From positions 1-64,000 of the forward strand of contig JANNXA010000055.1 of the NCBI GenBank assembly GCA_031409275.1: a DNA stretch of 64,000 bases, written 5' to 3'. This document shows positions 21,201 through 30,467 of this stretch, one piece after another. Within the stretch, counting starts at the first letter, position 1; each line of letters begins with the position of its first letter. The notes below the pieces were generated by a model that was given only the letters and a program-made list of their open reading frames with translations, made no database searches and was not told the DNA's origin. This stretch comes from Planctomycetota bacterium. GTDB taxonomy: Bacteria; Planctomycetota; B15-G4; SIAN01. The position numbers were made by a program, and so were the translations under genes.

Positions 21201-24200
21201 TCCACGACGCGCTGATCTGGATCCGTCCCTTCACGTTGCTCGATGTGTAGACCAGCGCGTCTGAATCGGCGTTGGTATCGAGCGCGCCAGTGGTCGTCTG
21301 GTCATCATGAAATCGCTGGATCAGCGCCGTCATGACGACGTTGCCGTCACTTGAGTCGTAGGTCGTCTGCTGCTCCGCAAGCACGATGTCGCTGGTCAAG
21401 TCATCGGCGTCGGCATAGGTCGAGTCGGTCACCCGTGCCAGCGTGAAGTTGTGGGTCTGGCGTCCAAGCCGGTCGTAGAAGCTCTTCACCAGTTGAGAGC
21501 CGTCGACCTTGATGATCTGCCGATCGGCGTCGTACCAGGTGTCGGCGTAGAGCGTGTCGTCGTCCGAACCGTCAGCCGTGTCGATCTTGTGGTGAATCGT
21601 CCGCCAGACCTGGCCGATCTCGTCGTAGCTCGTTTCCGATAGTGCGAGGCGGTTCGTCGTCACGGTGGTTGCGTCGCTCGACGAGGTGAGCCCAGACGTG
21701 GAACTCATCAACGCGGAGGCGGTTCGGCGGCCCAGGTTGTCATAAGTGTGAAGGAGGTGCGGCGTTGCCGGTCGTGCCTCGACGATGACTCGTCCGCGCG
21801 CATCGTTGGTGTACGTCGTGACCCGTTGGTCCGTCGTCGAATCCTGGACGAAACTCGTCCGCGTGGTGACGTAGCCGTTGCCCTCGTCGACCCCGGCGTC
21901 GAAGACTGCGGAGGAAGTCTTCACCATGTCGGCCGTGCCGGTCGTGTCGCCGCCGGTGTAGCCGTTGTCGTTCATGCCGATCCACGAGGCGGTCACGTGC
22001 CCGCGGATGTCGTAGTCGGTCCGATTGACGGTCCCGTGCGGGGCTTCCGTTCGAATGCGATGGCCCATGTCGTCGTAGACGTAGGTCGTCGGGTCGTAGT
22101 GGGTGCCGTCCGTCCCCGGCTCGCTTGCCGGGATCGAGAAGTAGCTCCGCGACTCGGCCAGCTCGCGCCCAGTCGAGTCGTAGTGGTTCGTCGAGAGGCG
22201 CTTCACCGTGCCGGTGTCGACCGCGGTGATTGGGTCGTCATCGGTCTCGTCAATCAGCGCGGTCAACGCCGCCGTCGTCGAGTTACCCGTCAGGCCGATC
22301 ACTCCCGAGACCTCTCCACCGCCAGCCTGATTGCGCACGTCATAGCTGACCGGCCCGTAGTACGTCGTCGGAGACCCCGCGACGGAGTTGGTGAAGCCGA
22401 GCGTGACCGGGCGCTGATCCTTCAACCGCGAGTAGTACCGCTTGGGCGTGTAGCTATTCGCAGTCGATGTCGCAGCGCGCCCCTGATTGTCGTAGGTGGC
22501 GGTCGACTTCCGGTGCAGCTCCGTCCCGGTGCTGGTGAAGTTGGTCGGGATCGTGATCGAGGTGAAATCACTGTGCGCCGTGTCGGCATCCTCGATCAGC
22601 GTCACCTGCTGGCCGTTCGTGTATCCGTGGTAGGTGATGTACCCAAGCCCCGTCTTCTCGAACCCGAGCGTGCCTTCCTTGTTCCAGTACTTCCGGGTCA
22701 CGTTGGAGGCGTTCGAGCCGTTCTTGGCGGTCGTGACCGCCGGCTCCGTCGTGTCCAGGCGAGCCAGCGCCAGCAGGTCGGTGCCGCTTGCCCCGTGCCA
22801 GGTGTAGGTGTACGTCCAGAGGTTGCTGCCCGTCGTGCCGGAGCTGATCTTGCTCGCGTACTCGCGATCGGTTGCGACCACCGGCCGCACGACCTGCGAC
22901 TTCGTCTCCGCGCCATCGACCTGGTAGCTCGAATAGCCGTACGTCCAGGTCCGATCGAAGTACGCCGTTCCGCTCGTCCCCGCCTCCTTGAACTTTCGGT
23001 CCGTCGCAAAACCCTCCGTCGTGTAGCTGCTCCCGACCAGCGAATAGGTCCACACGAGCCCGGCACTCGTTGATCTCGTGAACGTCCCCACCGGCACCGC
23101 CGGCGTCCCGCTGCTGTGCGTGTACGCCGTCACGTTTGCCGGTGTCGAGACTTCCGCAACGATGCCGGCGCTGTTCCGGTCGACGTAGGTCGCCCAAAGG
23201 TCAGAAGCGCCGTCAGGGTCCGCACTGGTCAGGACGTGCGACAGAGGCTGAAAAGCCTCGTCGTAGTAGTGGGTCTCGTAGGCGTTGTCGGGGCGCTTGA
23301 CGATGGTGCGCCCGTACCACTCGTCCTCGTCGTAGCCGGCGGTGTTGTCCGAATAGGAGGGGTTGGTTTCGTACTCGTAGGTGTAGACGCCGTTGCCGGA
23401 ACCGCCGCCGCAGCCGCAGCCGCCGTTGGCGTAGGACTTGACCACCCGCTCGCTGCTGTCGTACTCGAAGTAGGCCTCGGCATAGGGTTCGAGGTTGGCT
23501 GTCGTCTCGGCGAGGAAGTCCTCATCGAACGTCGCGTCGCCGGTGAAGTCGTACTTCCGGCAGCCATCAAACCCGACAATCAGCTTGATCGCGTGCGCGC
23601 GGCCAGGGTTGGTGGTGGTGACGAAGGTGCTCTTCCAGTAGCGGTAGTACTTGCGCTGGACGAGATCGACGCCGGAGTCTGTGAGCGGCGTCGTGATCTT
23701 CACGACCTTCAGGTCGCCGTTGGTGCCGTAACCGTCGGTACCGTCGTGGTAGGAGTACTCGACCTTGCCGACGGTCGCGGTGACTGGCGAGGATGTCCAC
23801 GTCCCGCTCGTGAGGATCTCGGCGACGACTTGGCTGATCTGGCTGCCGGAGTAGCTGTAGGTGTAGCGCCGATTGGATGCGTCGTATGCCAGGGCCGGCT
23901 TGCCGGTGGAGTATCCGGCAGTGATCGCCGTGCTCGCCGTCGTCGCGTCGCCGAAGTACGCGGTATTGCCGGCAGGATCGACGACCTTCCAGAGCTGTCC
24001 GCCGGCAGCCCCCGCGTCCGCATCGGTGTCGAAGAAATAAGTCTGATTGCCGACTTGGTCGGTGTAGACAAATGTCCCCGGCTGCGACGTCGCGTCCTTG
24101 TTGTGCTTCACGACGCCGGCAGCGCCGTTCACGGCGCGAAACACGGTCTTCCCGTCGCCGATCCGCTTGAATTCGATGAAACGATCGGCGCCGTAGACGA

Positions 24201-24735
24201 GATAGAGGATGTCGCCCGCGCCCTCAGAGATCCCGTCCGACGGGTCGTCGTAAAGCAGCACCTCGGGGTTGCTGATCTGGAACCAGTTCCTTCCCTGGTA
24301 GCCGGCGCTGTCCAAGTGCGTCCCGCCGGAATCGGTCTGGCGCGCGTTGTAGGAGCGCCCCACGACCCAGTCGACTCCCGTCGATGGCAGCCGCAGATCA
24401 ACATCAAAGATCTCTGCGGCGCCCTGATCGAGGCGCAACCCGTTGCCGCGCACGCTGGTGCCGGAGCCATGGGCGAACGGGTTGCCACCGATGGCAAGCC
24501 CCAACCCCGTGCCAGCCCGCACCGCGCCATCGATCTGCGTGCCGCGTTGCCCGACGCGCGGACGCACGGTCTGGAGCGTGGTCGCCGTGGGCGGCAGGTA
24601 CGTGGTCAGCGAAGTCGCCGCGATCTCAAGGATCTTGTCGGGCTCGACCAGTACGCGATGGGCGTGCACTGCCGCAAGCCCGGCACTGCCAGCCACGAGC
24701 GTCGCGATCGAGAGGGCAGAGAGCGAAGCCTTCAT
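18241..24735 (-). CDS. Rhs/YD-repeat polymorphic toxin with Sec-type signal peptide and HExxH metallopeptidase-like tip
   Basis: MKASLSALSIATLVAGSAGLAAVHA leader, many YD repeats, core RDPLGYVDG...PITTVDPAG, tip ITHELVHA. Confidence 0.92.
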   Translation of the reverse strand: MKASLSALSIATLVAGSAGLAAVHAHRVLVEPDKILEIAATSLTTYLPPTATTLQTVRPRVGQRGTQIDGAVRAGTGLGLAIGGNPFAHGSGTSVRGNGLRLDQGAAEIFDVDLRLPSTGVDWVVGRSYNARQTDSGGTHLDSAGYQGRNWFQISNPEVLLYDDPSDGISEGAGDILYLVYGADRFIEFKRIGDGKTVFRAVNGAAGVVKHNKDATSQPGTFVYTDQVGNQTYFFDTDADAGAAGGQLWKVVDPAGNTAYFGDATTASTAITAGYSTGKPALAYDASNRRYTYSYSGSQISQVVAEILTSGTWTSSPVTATVGKVEYSYHDGTDGYGTNGDLKVVKITTPLTDSGVDLVQRKYYRYWKSTFVTTTNPGRAHAIKLIVGFDGCRKYDFTGDATFDEDFLAETTANLEPYAEAYFEYDSSERVVKSYANGGCGCGGGSGNGVYTYEYETNPSYSDNTAGYDEDEWYGRTIVKRPDNAYETHYYDEAFQPLSHVLTSADPDGASDLWATYVDRNSAGIVAEVSTPANVTAYTHSSGTPAVPVGTFTRSTSAGLVWTYSLVGSSYTTEGFATDRKFKEAGTSGTAYFDRTWTYGYSSYQVDGAETKSQVVRPVVATDREYASKISSGTTGSNLWTYTYTWHGASGTDLLALARLDTTEPAVTTAKNGSNASNVTRKYWNKEGTLGFEKTGLGYITYHGYTNGQQVTLIEDADTAHSDFTSITIPTNFTSTGTELHRKSTATYDNQGRAATSTANSYTPKRYYSRLKDQRPVTLGFTNSVAGSPTTYYGPVSYDVRNQAGGGEVSGVIGLTGNSTTAALTALIDETDDDPITAVDTGTVKRLSTNHYDSTGRELAESRSYFSIPASEPGTDGTHYDPTTYVYDDMGHRIRTEAPHGTVNRTDYDIRGHVTASWIGMNDNGYTGGDTTGTADMVKTSSAVFDAGVDEGNGYVTTRTSFVQDSTTDQRVTTYTNDARGRVIVEARPATPHLLHTYDNLGRRTASALMSSTSGLTSSSDATTVTTNRLALSETSYDEIGQVWRTIHHKIDTADGSDDDTLYADTWYDADRQIIKVDGSQLVKSFYDRLGRQTHNFTLARVTDSTYADADDLTSDIVLAEQQTTYDSSDGNVVMTALIQRFHDDQTTTGALDTNADSDALVYTSSNVKGRIQISASWNGLQGVSDSVEYGSYGGSTFTRSALSVPSRSTTALRTSYAYNEDGTLATVQDPTIATSHVTKYEYDAAGRKTKEIRHYDATVNSGGPSGTDDNVTTKWAYTDGLMTMLTADVPTGADDQQTLYTYGTIKGTSAGTSKIATGHLLKKVCYPDGHVVDAADDDLDVVKYAYNAQAQEIWHRDQEPSGHTANVIQTTYDDNGRQIHRRVTTPGTGFDADVLRITTTYTDLGQVLRVRQYDNATPGSGTMLNDVKFTYNDWGLISKYEEDRNGAVDGSGSVDDYGVTYAYAKSTGGRNAVRKTSMAMNHGTAAAYKTASYEYVTTGSYDNDASRVTKVKDDTVVLAAYEYLGSGSVVGTDYPQASVMSQVHTNTPGDYADFDRFNRPTTNKWTKDLATDRHFFNTTIAWDEAGNVTSVDEGVHAGFDVKYTMDDLDRVVGAQEGTLSGGSIGTETREQEWTLTHTGNWGREKLDLNGDGDWGDTDEHDDTRTHNAVNELGTQDLDSTTGTTGNNYTLTYDPAGNLTDDAQSYEYVYDAFYRLRKIKNTTTQALVEELTYNGLGHLIGEHYDTDTDGDVDANDKWYYTAYDERWRGVGTFRESDTTPKEIFWLQQAGDDGNGGSSYINGVVTRYKDANTAWTTASDGTLEQVNYYAQNWRGDVTGLVDDTGKMTEWVKYSAHGVPFGMPKGDADSDGDCDSTDANAVIQGLIDTSAYDVRGDIDLDGDVDASDKASALGATSDMGLAVLSTFGNATGYGGYREMRGALALMSAQRRLFSSRIGVWNQRDPLGYVDGASLLEYCQSRPITTVDPAGTIVNVLAENKADEERIQRAITIMRLCSQTFRIWFNTAAGHSFGTVYIIPMGDPVTLDGYNFVPAQPPGNTIFDHGVEPRRADGLSFWQLYASTTSQVCQVDTTLVASSTTSTKDKPDLSRVITHELVHAVRHIKGQDDKGSGTDKEKKDREQAKAQEVAETVAGEVKKNCPGADVN

Positions 24736-24856
24736 GAGCGATCCCCCAGAACTTCCGGCGGCGCGCCTTTGGCAGAACACGCCGAATGAATCGTGATCAA
24801 GCTGCGAACGACAATGACAGAAACGTCCTACGGCACCGTGAGAGTCGACCGAGCTA

Positions 24857-25681
24857 CTACTGCTCGTCGGCCGCTGCTGCGGCTTCCCACACGGCGGTGA
24901 TCTCGCCGAGCTTCGTTTCGAGGTTCACACGGGCGGTGGCCACCGACTGGTTCGCACGGACTTCGGCGAGGTGCGCCTGATCGTCGGCATCTGGATCCTC
25001 GCCGTACTTGGCCGAGATCTTCTCGTTGGCGAGTGCGGCGCGCAGGTGGACCCACTCCTCCTGCGTGCGGTCGACCACGAGGTATTCGAGCGGGACGTTC
25101 CAAGCGGCCTCGTTCGTGTGGACCCGCGAGACCAGATCCACCTGGTCCTTTGCGAGGCTCCGTGTGCCGGCGTCAAACACTCCCTTCAGCTTTGCCGCGC
25201 GTTCCGCCGCCACCCGGTCGTAGTCCGCCTTCGCGACTTGGCAGGCTGCGACTTCGTCCCGACTCGCAAGGCCCGATTGCACTTTGCGGATGAGCGCGTC
25301 CCGCGCCTTGGTCGCCTCGAAGAGCGCGTCGTCTGCTTCGCGCAGCGACGTGGGATGCTCGGCAATCCAGCTCTTCACGTTGAGCACGACATCGTCCGTG
25401 ACCGCCGCTTCAACCCCGGTCGCCGCCAGGCGCTCCGGCTGGAGACCGACGCGGTAGAGCGCGGTCGCGAGTTCCGGATCGAGCCGGATCTTCTGCTTCG
25501 CGTCGGTCTTGTTGGTCGCTTCCGGCTTTGCAGGCTTCGCCGCAGCGGCGACCACTGGGATGGCGTCCGAATCGCCCCGATCTCCCGCTCCGGATCGCAC
25601 CGCGGCGAGCGCGGCCCCACCTCCAAGCACCGGCACCAGCAACCAAGTCGAGCGCATCCGAGACCCCATGCGTGACCCCAT
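24857..25681 (-). CDS. Hypothetical exported alpha-helical protein co-oriented with Rhs
   Basis: Hydrophobic leader WLLVPVLGGGAALAAV followed by helical, charged sequence. Confidence 0.7.
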   Translation of the reverse strand: MGSRMGSRMRSTWLLVPVLGGGAALAAVRSGAGDRGDSDAIPVVAAAAKPAKPEATNKTDAKQKIRLDPELATALYRVGLQPERLAATGVEAAVTDDVVLNVKSWIAEHPTSLREADDALFEATKARDALIRKVQSGLASRDEVAACQVAKADYDRVAAERAAKLKGVFDAGTRSLAKDQVDLVSRVHTNEAAWNVPLEYLVVDRTQEEWVHLRAALANEKISAKYGEDPDADDQAHLAEVRANQSVATARVNLETKLGEITAVWEAAAAADEQ

Positions 25682-25782
25682 GCATCGCTCCTCACAGTGA
25701 TGGCGAGCACGGCATTGCCCGCTACATAGCTAGTCGTTTCTCGAGGACGTTTTTTCCAAGATTTCTGAGTTCTCCTGGGGAG

Positions 25783-26505
25783 TTAGGGTATTTCCTCAGT
25801 CGATTCAGGCGCGAGATCCGACCATCGCAGGAGTCCTCGCACGTAGTCGATGGCCTCCTGCAGTTCGCGGTGGGCGGCGGTCGCCGAGATGCCGTGCCGC
25901 TCGGCAATCACGGCGAGAGTCTCGCCCTCGATCACCGATCGCAGGAGCGCGTCTCGCTGCATTTGCGGGAGGCTCGCGATTGCTTGCGAGAGGAGACATG
26001 CCGCTTCTGAAGACATCGCGATCCTTCTTGGCTCATCGCACGTGACGGCCAACCTGTTCCAGACCCGCTGCAAGACCGCGGAACTGCGCCCCCTCGGCCC
26101 GTCGAGCACGTCGGTCGCAGACACGCTCTCCTCGTGAACGAGACGGCGCTGCGCCTGGCGTGCAAAGTCGACCACCGCAAACCGACTGACGGATCCCACC
26201 CAACGCGCGAGGCGCACCGCGTCCTGGATGCCGGTCGCTCGACGCGCGATCGCGCTCCAAACTCGCACAAGCACCTCTTGCGCGAGGTCGTTCGAGTGAC
26301 TCACCCGCACTCCGCAGCGAGCGCACGCGCCGCGCACGACACGCTGGATCACACGGATCAGATCGACAACGGATTGCTGAAGCGCGTCGACCGGCTCGCC
26401 GCTTCGAGGCGACATCGTGCCTCGTCGCAGACCGTTGATGCGGTCGCGATCCCCCAGAATGTCCTGCAAGTCGCGCGCGCGATCCGACGGGCAGCGTCGT
26501 CGCAT
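25783..26505 (-). CDS. ECF-type sigma-70 family RNA polymerase sigma factor
   Basis: Region 2 DLAQEVLVRVW; region 4 LPQMQRDALL...GETLAVIAERHGIS; start may be near 26416. Confidence 0.8.
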   Translation of the reverse strand: MRRRCPSDRARDLQDILGDRDRINGLRRGTMSPRSGEPVDALQQSVVDLIRVIQRVVRGACARCGVRVSHSNDLAQEVLVRVWSAIARRATGIQDAVRLARWVGSVSRFAVVDFARQAQRRLVHEESVSATDVLDGPRGRSSAVLQRVWNRLAVTCDEPRRIAMSSEAACLLSQAIASLPQMQRDALLRSVIEGETLAVIAERHGISATAAHRELQEAIDYVRGLLRWSDLAPESTEEIP

Positions 26506-26637
26506 GGGACCTCACTTTCGCTGTTGGGCGAGCTCGGTGGCACGATGTTCAACGTTGATGGCCTGCGCCGCTATCAGCGAAAACCCTCGAAAGTTGTGAC
26601 TTCCTTTGCAACGGTTGGACGCGCTACGCTCGTCTCC

Positions 26638-28974
26638 ATGCGTGACGCCCGACGCAGCCCGCGGGTTCCGCTCCATCACCCGAGAGGTTGGTCGCACAAG
26701 CGCCGCCTCGGCGCGGTCGCGTGTTGCTTGTTCGGATCGATCACGAGCACCGCAGCGATCCAAAGCACGGCTCGCGCGCAGGATGCTTCGCCGCCAGCGT
26801 CGGCACCAGCGTCACCGCAAACGATCGATGCCAACGATGCCGAACGTTCGCTGCTGGCCGAGCAGATCGACCTCGCGCGCCTCCTCGATCTGGCTGCGTC
26901 CCGGCTGAAACTCAACATCGAGTACGACCCAGCAGTCGTCAAAGGGACGCTCACGTTTCGTTTCTCGCAAGCCATCACCGACGAGCAACTCTGGACCCTC
27001 ACCAACCGCCTCTTGGCGAGTCACGGCTTCACCACCGTGCAGATGGCCGGCGAAAAGACGCTCTCGGTCGTCAAACTCGCCGATGCCGTTGGACAGGCCA
27101 GAATCGAGGGTTCTGATCCACTTCTCGCTTCGGCAGGCTTCATCCGCGTGATGCGTCGCCGGCAACATCGCGCCGCCAAGGACCTCATCGCACCGCTCCA
27201 ACTTGTTCTCTCAAAGCCCGGTGGCAGCGTCCTGCAAGCCGAGGGCAGCGATCTGCTGGTCATCGCCGATCTCAAGCCGCAGGCACTTAAGGCGCTTGAA
27301 CTGCTCGACTTGCTCGATGTACCGCGCGACGCGAGTGCGCTCGAAGAGTTCGCGGTGCAGCACCTCGCAGCGACCGAACTCGTAACGCTCGTCGATCGCG
27401 TGCTGACGACACAGGTGGGACTTGAGCCCGGCAGCCCGACCGGAAAGCTGGTGGCCACTCCTGATGAACGGCGGGTGATCATCGTGGCCCCCCGCGCGCA
27501 GATCGCACGCATCACGGACCTACTCAAGCGGTTCGATCAGCGCGAAGTGCAGACCACCGCCACCTACGCGCCCAAGGTCTTCTCTGTCACGGAGGTCGCG
27601 CGGCTCGTCACACAGACGCTCTCATCCGACGCCAAAGCGAGCGGTGCACCCGCGATCCGAATCGTCGAGGACAGCCTCACTGGGACCTTTTCGCTGCGCG
27701 CGACGGCCTCCCAGCACGCCCAAGTCGCGGCACTCGTCGCGCGGCTCGATGCTGCATCGAGTGCATCGAGCCGTCCGATCCGCTCGTTCAAGCTGCGCAA
27801 TCGCCCCGTGAGGGAAGTGCTGTCGCTGGTCGAGACGTTGGTCGCCACCGGCGCGGTCGAAGGCGCTGGCACCATGCGCGATCCATCGAGCGGCGAACGC
27901 TCGCCGCTGGCGCCGGCGGCGCCCGAGAAGTCCTCGCAGGGTGTCGAACGCGCGGCATCAAGTACCGAGCCGGCGAGCGGTGATCGGGCCACGCCGACAT
28001 CGTCTGAAGGCGGTCGACGCGCTGCTACGCGCGCGCTGACCACCGCCGACATCTCCCTCTCCGCCGACGAAGGGACCAACACGCTGATCGCGGTCGGCGA
28101 TGCACGCATGCTCGCGCAGCTCGATCAGCTGATCAGTGGGCTTGATGTACTTGAGCCCCAGGTGATGGTCGAGGCGCTGGTCCTGGCGCTCTCGGAGTCC
28201 GACGCGCTCGATCTTGGAGTCGAGCTGCAAAAGCTCGGAGTTGATGGCGACGCCATCGGCCGCATCGCTTCGATCTTTGGGCTTGGCGCCCCCACCGCCG
28301 CGGGCTCAACGCTGCCTACACCCAGCGGCGCTGGTTTCCAGGGGGTCGTCCTCGACCCAGGCAGCTACAGCGCGATCGTGCGCGCACTTGAGGTTTTGAA
28401 CGAGGGACGCACCCTGACGATCCCGCGCGTCCTCGTGAACAACCACCAAGAGGGCCGCCTCGACTCCGTCCTGCAAACCCCGTTTACGAGCACCAACGCT
28501 TCCGACACCGTCGCCACCACGTCATTCGGCGGCACCGTCGACGCCGGCACCACGATCACGATGCGCCCGCAGATCGCTGAGGGCGATCACCTCCTGCTCG
28601 AATACGACGTTTCGGTCAGCTCTTTCGTGGGCGACTCTGCGGACCCGGCGATTCCCCCGCCTCGCCAGCAGAACAAGATCGCGAGTTCCGTGACGATCCC
28701 CGATGGCTACACGGTGGTGGTCGGCGGGCTCTTGATCGACGCGGACTCGCGCGCTTCATCGCAGATCCCATGGCTCGCCAAGATCCCGCTGCTTGGTTGG
28801 CTTTTCGAGAGCACTTCGAAGACGAAGAACACGACCCGGCTCTACGTGTTTTTGCGGGCTGACGTGCAACGGGGGCTCGGATTCGAGCGGCTCAAGTACG
28901 CAAGCGACCTCGCCAAGGATGAAGCCGGGCTCGATGACGGGACGCCGCGGGTCGAGCCGAGGTTCATCAAGTGA
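26638..28974 (+). CDS. gspD: Type II secretion secretin
   Basis: N0/N domains, ADEGTNTLIA, LDVLEPQVMVEALV, VVVGGL, IPWLAKIPLLGWLF. Confidence 0.92.
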   Translation: MRDARRSPRVPLHHPRGWSHKRRLGAVACCLFGSITSTAAIQSTARAQDASPPASAPASPQTIDANDAERSLLAEQIDLARLLDLAASRLKLNIEYDPAVVKGTLTFRFSQAITDEQLWTLTNRLLASHGFTTVQMAGEKTLSVVKLADAVGQARIEGSDPLLASAGFIRVMRRRQHRAAKDLIAPLQLVLSKPGGSVLQAEGSDLLVIADLKPQALKALELLDLLDVPRDASALEEFAVQHLAATELVTLVDRVLTTQVGLEPGSPTGKLVATPDERRVIIVAPRAQIARITDLLKRFDQREVQTTATYAPKVFSVTEVARLVTQTLSSDAKASGAPAIRIVEDSLTGTFSLRATASQHAQVAALVARLDAASSASSRPIRSFKLRNRPVREVLSLVETLVATGAVEGAGTMRDPSSGERSPLAPAAPEKSSQGVERAASSTEPASGDRATPTSSEGGRRAATRALTTADISLSADEGTNTLIAVGDARMLAQLDQLISGLDVLEPQVMVEALVLALSESDALDLGVELQKLGVDGDAIGRIASIFGLGAPTAAGSTLPTPSGAGFQGVVLDPGSYSAIVRALEVLNEGRTLTIPRVLVNNHQEGRLDSVLQTPFTSTNASDTVATTSFGGTVDAGTTITMRPQIAEGDHLLLEYDVSVSSFVGDSADPAIPPPRQQNKIASSVTIPDGYTVVVGGLLIDADSRASSQIPWLAKIPLLGWLFESTSKTKNTTRLYVFLRADVQRGLGFERLKYASDLAKDEAGLDDGTPRVEPRFIK

Positions 28975-30467
28975 GCGACACGGGAGCGACCCTCGCGGGG
29001 CGAGACGCCGCCGCGTCGGTGGTCGATCCCCACCTTGCGACGCCTGAGTTCCTGCGGAGGATCCCGCGCGAGTTTGCACGCCACCACGCACTGCTTTCTC
29101 AGGGGCTGCTGCCCGATGGCAGCGAGCTCGTGGCCACCTCACCAAATACCTCTCCCTCGTCCATCTGGAACGTTTTTGTACGGGTGGGACGACCGATCGT
29201 CGCGAGGAGCGCGGATGTCGAGGTGGTCGTGCGCGCGATCGATCACGCCTACGCCGCGGTCGCGGCCACAGCCCGCCCGGCGGCGATCGCGCCCGAAGCT
29301 CCCGCGGGCCCTTCCCTTGATGAGCTGCTGCGCGAAGCAGACCAAGACCTCCTGCGCACACAGGGCAAGGGACGGGTCGTGCAACTCGTCGACGCGCTCC
29401 TGTTCGAGGCGGTCGGCCGCGGCGCGAGCGACATCCACATCCAACCGACCGACCACGAGGCGCTGGTGCGCTACCGCGTCGATGGTGCCCTTGCCACCGT
29501 GCGCACCATCCAAAAGACGCTCACCGCGGCGGTCTTAAGCCGCGTCAAGGTCATGGGCCGGATGGACGTCGCTGAGCGGCGCCTGCCACAGGACGGCCGC
29601 GCGACCGTGACGATCGGGACGCGGGCGATCGACCTGCGCATCGGCATCTTCCCCACCAGCTACGGCGAGCGTGCCGTGCTGCGCATCCTTGACTCCTCAC
29701 GTCAGGTGACCGACCTCGCCGGGCTTGGGATGACACCTGCGGTGCTGGCACCTTTCCTTCGCGCCGCCAACCGCGCCGACGGCTTGGTCCTCGTGACCGG
29801 CCCCACCGGCTCGGGCAAGACCACGACGCTCTACTCCACCCTCGCCAACATCGCGGCGCCCGACTTGAACGTCATGACCATCGAAGACCCCATCGAGTAC
29901 GACCTCGCGACGACGGGGCTGCCGGTCAGCCAATCGCAGGTGAACACCAAAAAGGGCGTCACCTTCGCAAGCGGGCTGCGCCACCTCCTGCGCCAAGACC
30001 CCGACGTCATTCTCGTGGGCGAGATTCGTGATGCGGAGACGGCCCGGATGGCGATCCAGTCTTCGCTGACTGGGCACTTGGTCTTTTCGACACTTCACAC
30101 CAACGACGCTGCGAGCGCCGTGACGCGCTTGATCGACCTTGGCGTCGAGCCGTTTCTAGTGAGCGCCTCGCTCGCGGGGGTCTTGGCACAGCGGCTGCTG
30201 CGCAAAGTCCATCCTGCCTGCGCCGGTCGCGGCTGCGCTGGCTGCCTCGCAACGGGGTATTTGGGTCGGATCGGCGTGTTTGAGCTGATCGAGATCGACG
30301 ACGCGATGCGAAGCCTCATCGCTCGCGGAGCGGAACTTGGCGAGCTGCGCGATGCGGCGAAGGCCCGTGGCATGCGGACGCTGCTTCAGGAGGGAGAGCG
30401 GCTCGTCGCCGAAGGTGCCACGACGCGCGTCGAACTCGAGCGAGTGATCCAAGGGGCCCTTGAATGA
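28971..30467 (+). CDS. gspE: Type II secretion ATPase
   Basis: ASDIHI, RRLPQDGR, GPTGSGKTTT, IEDPIE, LRQDPDVILVGEIRD, STLHTN. Confidence 0.95.
   Translation: MSDTGATLAGRDAAASVVDPHLATPEFLRRIPREFARHHALLSQGLLPDGSELVATSPNTSPSSIWNVFVRVGRPIVARSADVEVVVRAIDHAYAAVAATARPAAIAPEAPAGPSLDELLREADQDLLRTQGKGRVVQLVDALLFEAVGRGASDIHIQPTDHEALVRYRVDGALATVRTIQKTLTAAVLSRVKVMGRMDVAERRLPQDGRATVTIGTRAIDLRIGIFPTSYGERAVLRILDSSRQVTDLAGLGMTPAVLAPFLRAANRADGLVLVTGPTGSGKTTTLYSTLANIAAPDLNVMTIEDPIEYDLATTGLPVSQSQVNTKKGVTFASGLRHLLRQDPDVILVGEIRDAETARMAIQSSLTGHLVFSTLHTNDAASAVTRLIDLGVEPFLVSASLAGVLAQRLLRKVHPACAGRGCAGCLATGYLGRIGVFELIEIDDAMRSLIARGAELGELRDAAKARGMRTLLQEGERLVAEGATTRVELERVIQGALE

Noticed and set aside
23116..24789. 557-aa plus-strand ORF and similar ORFs opposite Rhs
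   Set aside because: Antisense shadows without motifs.
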